Assembly (NCBI GenBank): GCA_965287045.1
Contig: OZ336873.1
Coordinates: forward strand, 37,200,001-37,264,000
Direction of reading: 5' to 3'
Source: Carcharhinus amblyrhynchos
Taxonomy: Eukaryota
Length of the DNA stretch: 64,000 bases
How positions within the stretch are numbered: position 1 is the stretch's first letter; the number at the start of each line of letters is the position of its first letter. Under the pieces are notes generated by a model that was given only the letters and a program-made list of their open reading frames with translations, did no database searches and was not told the DNA's origin. This document shows, piece by piece, positions 36,917 through 48,755 of this stretch. A program made the position numbers and the translations under genes.

Positions 36917-37952
36917 TGGGCCGCGATTCCCCCATCCCAACCCGCAACTTTTCTGGCGGGTCGCGGTGGGAGATGCGTGTCGCTGGCATTGTTCCACAAT
37001 TTGCACATGCGCCCGGAACGCATGCGCATCTCCTAGAGCCAGCGAACAGTCACCAGCCAGACCACACTGGAAACCGGCAGTAAGGCAGGTAAGTAATTTG
37101 AATTTTTTTTAATATATTTTAATTGTGCTTTGAATGTGATGATCAGGAACTTACCGGTCCAGATTGAATCTCCCACCCCGCCAGGAGTACTTCATTCCGG
37201 CGAGGTTTAGAGTAGCTCCTCACATTTGGGGAACTAACAAGAAACCCTACCGGAATGAAGGGGAGGCAATTGGGGCCCCCCAGGAGGTAGGGTTATTGGG
37301 GGGGTGCTTCCTGGGCATGTGCCCTTTAGCACTGCCCAAGGGGAAAAGTACCCATGCTCAGGGGGCACCTTGGCATTGCCATCGGGCATCAGGCAGTACC
37401 AGAGGGGTGAAGCTTATTGTGGGCAGAGCCAATTGTGGATAGGACCTGGGAGGCAATTGGTGGGGGGTGGGGACTCCCACTGCCACTCTGCATGGGGATC
37501 AGTCTGGGCTGGAGGGAGGCCAGAGATTGGGGCGGGCTGGGGAGAGTGGTCTGCCATTGTGGGGGGGGCAGGGTCTGCTGGGGTGAGAGAGGGGGTGGAG
37601 TGGGCTGGACATCAGGGCATTCCGGGGCAAGGGGGTCAGGGCTGGTCCGGGAATTGTTGTGGGGGCCATGATTGGGCAGTGGAGAAGGCTGGAGGGGCAG
37701 CACTGCGGGGGTCCTAGGCTGACCAGCGATTGAGCAGACTAACAGATCAGGACCACTGTGCCTGTGCAGAATTCCAGAGCTGTCACACTCTGGCGTGAAT
37801 AGGCCCTGATCCTCCTGGGTTTTTAGTGAGATTCAAGATTGGGACCTTTGCATTGCAGAGTGGGGAGATTCGAGTGAGAAGTTGAACTGACAACTGTTGG
37901 GATCTAGAACAGTTTTCCTGCTGGTTCAGTGGTTTTGGGAGAATTGAAGCCT
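36917..37952. mobile_element. ~1-kb GC-rich non-autonomous DNA-transposon-like element
   Basis: Ends gggccgcgattcccc / gggagaattgaagcc. The G-rich interior with ggca(c/t)tgcc motifs is shared with 40020-40600. Confidence 0.6.
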
Positions 37953-38789
37953 TGATTTGCACTCTAAAGCTGTAGCATTCTTTTTGTCACATGTACTAGG
38001 TGGTGTGCATTATATGTAATTTCTCTTAAAAATATTGCATCAAACAATTTAAACATTCATTATTTAACTGGAGTCAGAACGGATAAGAAAGATCTCGATT
38101 TGCATTGGAAAACATAACTTTTTTCAGAGGAGGAGAAAGATTAACTAATTAGACTTTAGAATTTGAAAATATGCATTTAAGAAGTTCCCCTTTTCCTTAA
38201 AAAACAATGACATCTCAAGGACAAACAGCTAGATGAAAATATGCTTTGTAGTAAAAACATATGGAAAAGCATTTTACTTCGGTAATGAGAAATGAGAGTT
38301 TAATCCAAGGGTAGAGAGGTAAATTGAACTTCAATTGCGTGTAAGAAAGAGGGCCAGAGCTGGCTCAAAAGAGTCACTCAGCTAGATTCTTATGGACACA
38401 TTATTTTCTACAAGGACCCCCACTTCACTGTGACAACAGCAAGATTAATGCATTGAAACTGAGAGACAAGTGCCCATGAAATAGGCAGAATGAAGGGTTT
38501 GGACCTTGGCTGGAGCCCAGCTTCACTCAGCCACCCAGTTTTACTTTTCCTAAAATATACAGGACACCAGAAAATAATACATCATAATCAATAAAATCAC
38601 CACTTAGGAGCTAAATATTTTTCATAAAAGCTGCCCAAATAAATTAGTTAATGGTGTTATAGAATTCCAAAACTCTCTTTCCTACAATTATGATTAAAAC
38701 CATTGAATAAACCATTGAATTCCTACAGGGCAGAAAGAGGCCATCCAGCCCATCAAGTCTGCACTGACTCTCTGAAAGGGCACCTTACC

Positions 38790-38985
38790 CTTCGAGTTTC
38801 GATGGCTGTCTGGATTATGGGAAATGTCTCCCTCGTCACTGACTCCTGTGGGTGATTTGTCTGTTTTTCACCTTCACCTCGGAGTGTGGCCATGCATTTT
38901 AAGCAGTCTGCTCCATCTCAGTTCAAATAGCAAAATTTTCAGTCAGTTGAAAGTTGAAAAATCAAATTTTCAAAAATAATGGAGC
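38790..38985 (+). repeat. Unclassified dispersed repeat, copy 2
   Basis: Similar to 490-700. Confidence 0.7.
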
Positions 38986-39145
38986 ATTGCTTAATAGTAC
39001 TTGTCCCCAGTATTCACCAATTCCAGGTGCTAGTTATCATTATGTCTCTGCATTTTTTACAATTAACAAATTACAAACATAATTTGTTTTTAGTAAATTG
39101 AACATTTATGAGCCATCACTATTTGCATACATTTACAATTTAAAC

Positions 39146-39295
39146 AGGTGATGAAGGAGCTTGAGACCCTGAAAGCTAGTGCTGTCAAATAAACCTGTTG
39201 GACTTTAACCTGGTGTTGTGAGACTGTGGGAGGAAACCAGAGAACCCGGAAGAAACCCACGCAAACAGAGGGAGAACATGCAAACTCCACAGAGG
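39146..39295. mobile_element. Penelope-like terminus (plus) abutting a V-SINE fragment (minus)
   Basis: gTGATGA-aggagcttgagaccct-GAAA-gctag...aataaacctgttggactttaacctggtgttgtgagact, followed by gtgggaggaaacc...aaactccaca. Confidence 0.6.
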
Positions 39296-40019
39296 CAGCC
39301 AGTTACAATTTAAAATTTAATCTTGTTACAAAGTCATCCTACATGAGTCTGTGCACTTTCCATTACAGCAATAACACATACAATTCCATGAGATGACTAA
39401 ACATGTGGCTACATGTTGGTTCATATGCAGTGATGTACACAGAGATGTGCACAAATACTAAACATCCACTTTTTTCCACTGAGAACTATATCATAAAATC
39501 AACAGGAAATTGTATTCACATAAGCATCATTAACATAGTAAAAAGTCCCAAGATGATTCACTAGAATATGACCAGTTAAATATTGACTGTGAGCCAGAGT
39601 AGACGACATTAAGGTAGGTTAGTCAAAGATTTTAAAGAGTGTCTTAAAGGAGGAAAGAGAAGTGGAGAGATAGGGGGAGGGATTTGTTCACTATATATTA
39701 CTCACTGTTGCTAAATTGATTATGCTGTGAAAGCCTGTTCTGACACTAACCATTTAATTGAATGCCAAATATTGCATATCTTGGGGTACAAGATTGTAAC
39801 TCAGCCAAAGTGAAGATGTCAAGTTTAGTTGAGAAAGCCTACCAAAGTAACTGAGTATGAATGTTTATCAATTTGGAGACAAACAAGTTACACAAGTTGC
39901 CTTTCTAACAGAGCTGTCCAAGAGAACTCTGACCAGTTTCAGGTGTAGCTATGATGGCACCATTTTAGTCACAAGCCCTACTTTAAATAAGAAATATCTT
40001 ACAAGACCCGGGGTGGGGG

Positions 40020-40600
40020 GGGGGTGATTCTCCCAGCCCGCTGCAAGAATCACCAGGAGACATTAGTGGAGGTCGTTCAGCAAGCTCTCGACTGGGCACC
40101 ACAGCCTCTGCGCATCTCCCAGATGGAGGTTTTTGGAGTAATCAGCTCCACACCAGATTTAAATATTTAAATTTGGATTTCCATTTCATTAGTGAGCCCG
40201 GGACGGAAGTCTCCAGACCTGCTAGGGACCACCATCCCCCCCCCCCCCCCCCAACTCCAGCAGGGTTTACGACAGCTCCTCACGAATGGGGAACTGGTGG
40301 CCAACCCAGCTGGACAGAACAGAAGCCATGGAGGCCCCGCAAAGTGGTTGGGGATAAGGGGGTGCCCGCTGGGCATTGCCAGCCTGGCAGTGCCAGCCTG
40401 GCCCCCTGATACTGCCCAAGGAGCAAATTGGCAATGTGCAAGGGACACCTTGGCAATGCCCACTGGGCTTTGGGCAGTGCCAAGGGGCAGAGCCTATTGG
40501 GGGCAAGGCCTATAGGAAGAGCGTTCATTGGGAGTGGGGGGTGTCACACTGCCACTCTGCATAGGGATCGGTGACAGAGGGAGGGAAGGGGTGATCTGTG
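40020..40600. mobile_element. Truncated GC-rich non-autonomous DNA element related to 36917-37952
   Basis: Shared blocks (gcgcatctcc, agctcctcac..tggggaact, cactgccactctgcat.gggatc). Confidence 0.6.
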
Positions 40601-40689
40601 GCCAATATTTAGTTAAACATGGGCGTGAATAAGAGTACTTCTCAGTAACCTGTGAGATTTACATATTTGGAATATAGACCTCCAAGTGC

Positions 40690-41452
40690 TTTTTTTAATT
40701 TATGGGATGTGGACACTGCCAGCATTTATTGGTCATCCCTAGCTGTCCTTCAGAGGTGGTGGTAAGGGTGAACTGTCTTCTGAAACTGCTGCAGTCCCTG
40801 AGGTGTAGGTACACCCAGAGTACTGTTAAGGAAGGAGTTCCAGGATTTTGACCCGGTGACAGTGAAGAAAGGTGATATATTTTCAAGTCAGGATGGTGAG
40901 TAATGTGGAGGGGTGATTGTCCCTGTTATCTGTTCTTATCCTTCAAGATGGTGATGGTAATGGTCATGGGTTTGGAAGGTACTGACAAAGGAACCTTGGT
41001 GAGTTCCTACAGTGCATCTTATAGATGGTACACATATCTGCCATTATTCATCTGTGGTGGAGAGATTAAATGTTCCTGGAAGAGGTAGCTATCAGGCATG
41101 CTAATTGTCCTGGGTGATGTCACACCTCTTGAATGTTGTTGGAGTTGCACTCATCCAGGCAAGTGGAAAGTATTCTATTACACTCCTCATTTGTGCCTTG
41201 TAGCTGGTGGACAGATTTTGCGAACCAGAGGGTGAGCCACTCACTACAGAATTCCTAGAATTTGACATTCTCTGGGAACCACACTGTTCATATGGTTAAT
41301 CAAATTCGGTTTCTGGGTAAATGCTAACCCCGAGGATGTTGATTGTGGAAGATTCAGCGCTGGTAATGTCATTGAATGTCAACAGACGATGGTTACATCC
41401 TCTCTTGTTGGAGATGATCATTGTCTGGCACTTATGTGGTGCGAATGCTACA
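40690..41452 (-). mobile_element. CR1-clade LINE, 3' fragment
   Basis: Colinear with 2785-3520. Confidence 0.85.
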
Positions 41453-42437
41453 TACTGAACAAAGGATAGTATTTGAGCTCATGCTTGGGCACAGATGAGA
41501 GTGGATGACCATTGCATCATAGTGGTCTGGACCTCCAGAAGTGTTAACCCTGCAGTCATTTGACTGAAACTAACTTTCATTCTGAAATATCCTGAACAAA
41601 GAAAATCTATCTGAGAAACATTTAAAACACCAAGAAGTATAATTTAACATCTGAAACATCAACGTTCATAGCTGAAATTCTTCTAATGCAGCCAAAATAC
41701 TATTCATTTACAAGAAGCTTCACAGCTTCATGAGAATCCATTAGCCTGCAACTTCCTGGCTCCCCAGCATCAGATTTGAAGGCTACCCCAAAGATGTGTG
41801 GGGAATCTTTCTGAGGAGTTGCCAGGTAAGGGTTTAATAAATGACTTTCTTTTTTTAAAAAAATCACCAAAAAGCCTGCTGTATGAACTTATTTTAAATT
41901 AGAAAATATCACTCTGAGGGTGAAGAAATGACCACCGTTTAGACGCAGGCATACTGATTATGCATTGGAAGGTACCACATAAATTGTGTCCATTACAGAA
42001 TTCTTAAGCTGTGCTGGCAAAAAAAAACAGGAATAAGGGGCCGGAATCCTGGTTTCAGGTCCCATCTGTCATTTTTAAAGGACTTGCGACTTGGTCCGAC
42101 TCCATAAAGATCCGTGCCAGTGTATCTTGTGCAGCTTCTAGATTTCTATCCAGGAGTTGCAAGTGAAAGTTTGACATTATCAAAGCAATTGTTAAGAATG
42201 TTAATTCACATGAGATTTGCTCTTTATTCTCAAATGTATTCGGCTGCTGTTTCCCCTTTGCCGTGATATTCCATTTTAGAACTGCTCATTATTGACTGCG
42301 TTTTCTATATTCTGCTGACCTGAAGCAATTATTCTGATTGGTGAGCCAATCATAATGACAGCTCCTCTCTTCATACAATGCTCTTGAGGTTGCTGTTTAG
42401 TTTTACTCGTAACCGAGGAGGAAAAGCACTCACATTG

Positions 42438-42712
42438 TTTAAGTTTATTTATTAGTGTCGTAAGTAGGCTTACATTAACACTGCAATGAAGTTACTGGCG
42501 CCTGTTCGGCTACACTGAGGGAGGACTTAGCATGGCCAATGCACCTAACCAACATGTCTTTTGAATTGTAGGAGGAAACCAGAGCACCCAGAGGAAACCC
42601 ATGCAGACAAGGAGAAAATGTGCAATCTCCACACAGACAGTGATCCAAGCTGGGAATCGAATCCAGGTCCCTGGTGCTGTGAGACAGCAGTGCTAATCAC
42701 TGTGCCATAATG
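42438..42712 (-). mobile_element. tRNA-derived SINE, same family as 21663-21969
   Basis: A/B boxes and V-domain on the minus strand; shares the tail aagtttatttattagtg. Confidence 0.85.
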
Positions 42713-43009
42713 CAACATTTGTCTCCGATTCTTATCTTACCATTTAATCATCAAACGCATAAAAAAATTCAAACAGCACATGCCTGTGCTCTCTGATAAA
42801 ACTATTAAGTACAGCCACAGTATATATATTTTTTTCTTATTTATTAAAAATGTATAGCCATTTCTGGATTCCAACCAGCCATATCATATGTTAGACAGCA
42901 CAGCTTTATAAGCATACAAGGTAAAAGTAATTCAACTCTGACAATCTACTACTGCACTAGCTATTTCTATCAGAGCAATTGAGACATTTAAACAATAAAA
43001 AAAAGTTAC

Positions 43010-43068
43010 CTGTTGTGTTTTTTCTTGGATAGCATAGAGTTCTAACTAAATATTTTCAACACAAATTC
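43010..43068 (-). other. Exon-shaped segment, closed in all three frames (non-coding or decayed exon)
   Basis: tttttgtaacAG|...CAG|GTAACT. The best frame reads ICVENI*LELYAIQEKTQQ. Confidence 0.25.
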
Positions 43069-44058
43069 CTGTTACAAAAATGCTATGCTTTTGCCCATAA
43101 ATTATACTGTATCCTGTTTGTCCCATTTATTCAAAGTGTGTATTGTACTATATCAAATTAATATTAACCAGTGGGAAATTTACATGTTTTATAATTTTTT
43201 TCACTGCAGTTTAGAGACATATTGTCATAAGGAATGTCTGACTTGCAAGCCAGACATTCTTGGCATAAAGGTAGCTCACTTGACATTATTAAATATGGTG
43301 CCAGGTCCTTTCAATTTAGTATTTTTGACAATTGAAAAAAACAACTGATTTTTCTACAGAAGTTTACATTTAAATTGTTCAAAAGGTTATTGGATGCAGG
43401 TGAATGGGCTGACCATGTAGCACGATGTTAGATACTTGCATGGATATTCTTAACAGCTTAGATGGGTTTGATATATCACCATAATTACTTGCTTCCCCAC
43501 CAGGATGATGATACCCCTTCAAAGATTACTAAACCATTAACTAGAATCTCGTACTTCAATCTGAACAGCTGTTTATAAACGTTCAGAGTAAAAGTTCTGT
43601 GATGAAGAAATTGTCCACTTAACCTCAAGAATACAAGTCACAACATTTGTTGTACTTACTGTATAATGTGATTACATTCAGCAGTGGATAAGAACAAGTT
43701 TCCCTGTTTCAGTGAAGGCTTCTCCCTAGTGGACATCCATTAGGATGGAATTATTGTCCCCTTTGTAAGACATACAGAGTAATTTCTATTACGTTTCTTT
43801 AAGCTATTTCTCAGACCAAGTAACATACCCATTAAATAGTAAAAACCTTCATTCAAAAATAGCCAGAGAGAAAGCTGGTGTGCTGAATTAGATCTACAAT
43901 ACTAGATACACTGTACAGAACCCAGGCTTTAACTTCCAACCAAAGGGATAACATTTTCTCATAAATGAAAGTAAAATGTGCTACACTGAAACTTCAATAG
44001 CTACAATGTTTTGCCCCAGTGGGGCTTATTTTATAGAGAGGTGAAGCACCTCAAACTT

Positions 44059-44218
44059 TCATTCACAGTCCAAGATCCTATAGTAAAATATCACCAGATG
44101 TACAAGGGTAGAAAAGAAGTCTGTGGATCTGTGATCAGGATGTTGTAAATATGCAGACATTTTATAAACCAGCTGTCCTGTCTGTATGGCCAGGGTAGTA
44201 TGACTTCTTGAAACTGTT
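44059..44218 (-). CDS. Candidate exon (TVSRSHTTLAIQTGQLVYKMSAYLQHPDHRSTDFFSTLVHL...) ending in TGA
   Basis: Very strong polypyrimidine acceptor gtttttcctttttcttttgtttttgtatttgttggcAG|. Open in phase 2, so compatible with either upstream candidate exon. Confidence 0.3.
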
Positions 44219-44567
44219 CTGCCAACAAATACAAAAACAAAAGAAAAAGGAAAAACAGCAGACAGCTCCAATGTAATACAAATCTTTTTTCAATATGAAC
44301 AATTCAAACAATTGTCCATGGTTAAAACTGCTTCATGGTATAATGAGCACAAAGCCTTAAAGCCTTCATTACTGGGTTTAGCACACCCCAGGATGTCTCC
44401 ATACTGAGCCAGTAAATATCCAGTGCACATTGGAAAGGCTGTGGAGGAATTGGCAGCTTCCTTCATTTCTTCTAAATCTGCCTTTAAGTACATTTTATTA
44501 GTGAATCACAACCAAAATAATTAAATCCAATGCTGCATCTAAAACAAGTTTGAACTATCTCACTTAC

Positions 44568-44622
44568 AGTTTTGGCTCTCTGCAGAGTTCCAGCTTGACC
44601 TCCTGCTCAAATCCTCTGTTCC
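44568..44622 (-). CDS. Candidate 55-nt internal exon (GNRGFEQEVKLELCREPK)
   Basis: Acceptor cttttcactttataacAG| and donor ACT|GTAAGT. Open from phase 1 to phase 2. Confidence 0.33.
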
Positions 44623-46479
44623 CTGTTATAAAGTGAAAAGTCCCAGTCAGGTTGTGCAACGTGGATCATATATGATTCCAAATAATCCACTTAGAGAGAA
44701 ACAACTTCAGAAAATATAGTATCCTCTGCAGCATCAGTGTAAAATCCCTTTCACAGAGTCAGCTTCAGTAAGCTATACTTAGCAACACTTGTCACATAGG
44801 TGATTAAAACTGGAAGGATACATTACTTCAATTTATTTACTAAGAGTAGATAATTTTTGACCTGCCTTTGCCAGCAATCCAATAATCTGAATTAACTTAA
44901 TATTCAAGTGTCAACATTCATCAAAAGTGTTATTGGTAATTGGCTTGTCTTGCTCATACCAAGAGTTACAAGTTTCACTTTTAGAATGGAAAAAAGGAAA
45001 TAATTTTGTATAGCAAGAAGGAATAGTGAATTTTGTAGAATCAGAGAGATGCTACATTAGACATATCAGATGGTTGCTTCACCCTTTAACTTCACAAGTT
45101 TTCTGTACATCACCATGTCACTTGGTAGAGAAGTGACTATGATCCTTATCTAAATTCATGTCTGTTGCTCTCAGTTGAATATTGTGCACCATGCTGTTAT
45201 TATTTCTCACTTTTAAGTTTCAACTTTAGAAGCATGATAGAGCCAGTGACCAACCAGGACTAATCGAGCTCTCAAAGATTGAGGAGAGTAAATCTGATCG
45301 GGTGACCACTACCTAAATGAAGTCTGCAGCACTTTAAAGGGAAGGTACATTGTTTGTTTGGTGTTAGCAAAAGAAATATTCTGGAATAGCAGGCAGTGTG
45401 GCTTCAACCAGGACTGCAGTCCAAGAAGGGGATGCTCTTCTGCTATAATGGACAATGGGTACTCAATTTTTTTTGCAGCCTTGGAGGGGGTGGAAGATCA
45501 TGTTAATATCACAAGGATTGTTCAAAGGCCTGGCTGCAGTGCTGGAGAAAATGTAATGAGCTCACTAGGGCTGCTAAGGTACATCTCGCTTAACCATCTC
45601 TCAAGCTTTCCACATGGCCATGTAGCACCATTATTTGGTTCAGCAAATCAATCTTTCCTTCATATAGAGGCCAGAAGGGGTAAGAATGATGGGTTTCATT
45701 CCCTAAAAGATATTAAGCAGCCAGTTGTTTTTTTAATGAGAATCTGACAGCTCTGTGATTTGCTGGTTTATCTAACTGGCCTCAGGAAAATGCAGATATA
45801 ATCACTGACTTGGGAGGATCCCTCACATTAGAGAACATCAGGACCTACTCTCTTTTCTGTCCATTGGAAAAATCATGGAAGTTTTTTCAGTTGCTTAATG
45901 GAAGCATGGACAGCAAACTGACTGATGCCATGGACATTTCCTGTGGCAGCCTGGAAGCAGCCAGAGGAAAATTCAGTCAGGTCTGTAGCGACCTTGACAA
46001 CAATAAGTAATTCTGTTCTAGCTGTGGATTGCAGGATGGTTTTACAATCCAGTGACAGCTTCACTGTTCCTAAGTAAACTGCAGGTATTTTGTACTTTGT
46101 TGGAATGGCAAAGATTCCTGCAAGCTTGCCCCCTTCTATTTGTTCCTTCCTCCATTGGCTGTTACTGCCAGATTCCTTGAAGCTGGAAACAGCCAGAAGC
46201 TCCCACAAAAGTTAATGGTGCTCTGCAGCCACCACAAGTAATTTGAAATGGTCTATATGACAAAAACCACAATGCAATGCAATCAGAATGTCTCCCAAAA
46301 ACCTTGAGTGTTTCAACCAAGTGCAGCTGAAGAACAGTTTAAATATCACTAGAAAGGTTGGTTCTCAATGTGTACTATACGTGCTGTGTACCTAGAACAC
46401 GTAGAGATAAAACAGCAACAGAGAGTACTAACTACTTCATTTGATTCCAATTTTCATTTGTTCATTAGATATAGCACTT

Positions 46480-46612
46480 GGGGTGAATGGGATCAAATGT
46501 TATGGAGAAAAAGCAGGATTAGGCTATTGAGTTGGGCGATCAGCCATGATCGTAATAAATGGCGGAGCAGGCTCGAAGGGCCTCCTCCTGCTCCTTTCTT
46601 CTATGTTTCTAT
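46480..46612 (+). mobile_element. CR1 3' UTR fragment
   Basis: gatcagccatgatc...ggcggagcaggctcgaagggc...ctcctgctcct matches 25025-25095. Confidence 0.75.
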
Positions 46613-46989
46613 CAGTCCCTGATTGATTTGAGGTCACCCCAGAAGATTTAAAAGAAGTGGACAACAGCTGGTAGGACAGAGGTTCCATTTCCTACTCAAC
46701 TTTCGTCCTGTTTTTTACATACAAATTAGGGTGTTAGTGAATGAAAATCATCTCCTAGCTTATAGTAGTCGTAAAGCCCTTTGAGAAACCTAAAATTAAT
46801 AAAATAGGAACATATGCCACTATATGATCAATGTAGAATCCATTTCCTATCTCATTGCTGACACTTTGAACCTAAGATAGTCGGAACATTGCATTTTCTA
46901 AATGGTTGGAAGCTGGGAACTAGGAGGGAGCCGAAAGATTTAGAGTTCTAAGTACAGAAATCACTAAACACCAGTAGATTGATACAAAA

Positions 46990-47680
46990 AATTTTAAAGG
47001 GCAATGGAATGCTGGCCTTTATCTCAAGGAGGCAAGAATACAAAGGGAAGGAATAAAACACCAGCTAAATCCCATTTAGAATACGTCATGCAGTTCTTGA
47101 TACTGCACCTTGGACAGATGGGGGTGTTGTACTAACCTTAGAGAGGGTGGAATACATATTCATTAGGATGATTACTGAGGCTTAAAAGGCTTCATATACA
47201 GAACAGGTTGCAATGACTAGGTAATTTTCCCTTGAGCATAGAAGATTGAAGGGTTACTCAACTGAGATGTTTTAAGATGCTTAAAAGAGTTGATAGGGTA
47301 GAAACTATTTCTTCTGGTGTAAGAATCCAGGACATGAGGGCATAATCTTAAAATTGGAGCAAGGATGTTCAGAGATTCCAGGAAGCATTTCAAAAATATT
47401 AAACTGAATTAAAGTGCTTTGGGACATCTGGCGGTCATGAGGCAGGTTATAGAAATGCAAGTCTTTCTTTTTGAAAATCTGAAACTCCCAAAAGATTGTT
47501 GAGGCCATGTCAATTAAAAATTTCAAAATTTAGATTGCTAGTTTTTTTTATTAGACAAGGGTATGAGTGTTATAGAACCAAGGCACATAAATGGAGTTAA
47601 GAAACAGGCCAGCCATAATCTAACGTTATGACAAAACAGGTTTGAAGGGCTGAATGACCTCTTTCGGTCCCTACAATCCT
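46990..47680 (+). mobile_element. Old CR1 LINE 3' end
   Basis: Degraded equivalent of 24450-25095 (aatggaatgctggcctttat..., agaagattgaaggg..., gaagggctgaatgacct). Confidence 0.75.
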
Positions 47681-48324
47681 ACCAAAGTCTGAGAATTTAA
47701 AAATGGTTCTAAATCTCTGAATCACGCTCACCCCTCAAGTATGTAATGTACCAAAGACACAAAATCTCATTTTCTAAAATGTGACAGCACTCTTGCAGAT
47801 AAATAACACATTTTCATATGCCCTTAGGGAAATTTAGCTGCAATTGTATAATGCTGCATAAAAACAATCACAAAACACTTTAGTTCTAATGAGTAGTTAA
47901 TAACTGTTCCCTTCACATTATGTTATTTTCTTCTGGTTGACAAATAGGAAAATCACTATTGTACTTCCACAGACTTTTTCTCTCAAACTGTCAACAGGAA
48001 GAATTGAGTCATTTCAACTTTAGTATTAAACTTTTTCTAGCTTAGTATGTTATCTTCAGCCAATCTTCCACCCAGAGAGAAATTTAAAAACTCATCAGAA
48101 TGGGTTCCTGAAGTTCCCATTAGCTCAAACCATGGCAACAGTACCTGCATGAATAGTTAGATTAGACAACACCAGCAATACAAAATTGGGTAAAAAAAGG
48201 TGAAATTCCTCTGATTTTTAATTTTACTGGAAAAAATAGCATAAAAGAAATATTTTTCCACTGTGTACTGATGCTGGCTTACTTGATAAAATTGACAGGA
48301 AGAGTCAAACATTCGAAGAGCAAA

Positions 48325-48755
48325 TGAGCTTTCATTTATGTTGCACCTTTCATTACCTCAGGATGCCCCTAGGCATCTTACAGAAGTATTTTTGAAGGTT
48401 AACAATTGTTGGAGTGTAAGAAATGGGGTGGCAAATTTGCATGCAGAAAAATTCTTAAGTAGTAATGAAATAAATGGCATGATCATCTACTTCAGATGTT
48501 GATTGAGGAATAACTGTTCACCAGAAAACCAGCATTCCTTTTCTTGTCTTCATGTAGTGCCATAGGGTTTTTTCCCTCTACCCAAGAGGGCAGATGGGCT
48601 TTGGATTAACATCTCACCTAATGGCACTTCCAGAATTACAACATTCCCCCCCATGATGCACAGAAGTGCCAGCCTGGAATATGTGCTTAAGCCATTATAG
48701 TCGGGCTTGAACTTTTGATCTTCTGACTCAGGCGATAGTACCACTGAGCCAAGAC
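48325..48755 (-). mobile_element. Deu-domain SINE (SacSINE1/AmnSINE1-related) with L2-like tail
   Basis: On the minus strand: a tRNA-like head (ttggctcagtggta...gttcaagccc), then gaggtgcc..gagatgttaa.cc...gcccatctgccctct...aaccctatggcact, resembling the recalled Deu domain. Confidence 0.6.

Noticed and set aside
37164-37717. Cluster of Gly/Pro-rich ORFs (also at 40167-40564 and 30-348)
   Set aside because: These are low-complexity G-rich interiors of non-autonomous repeats, with no protein-family signal.
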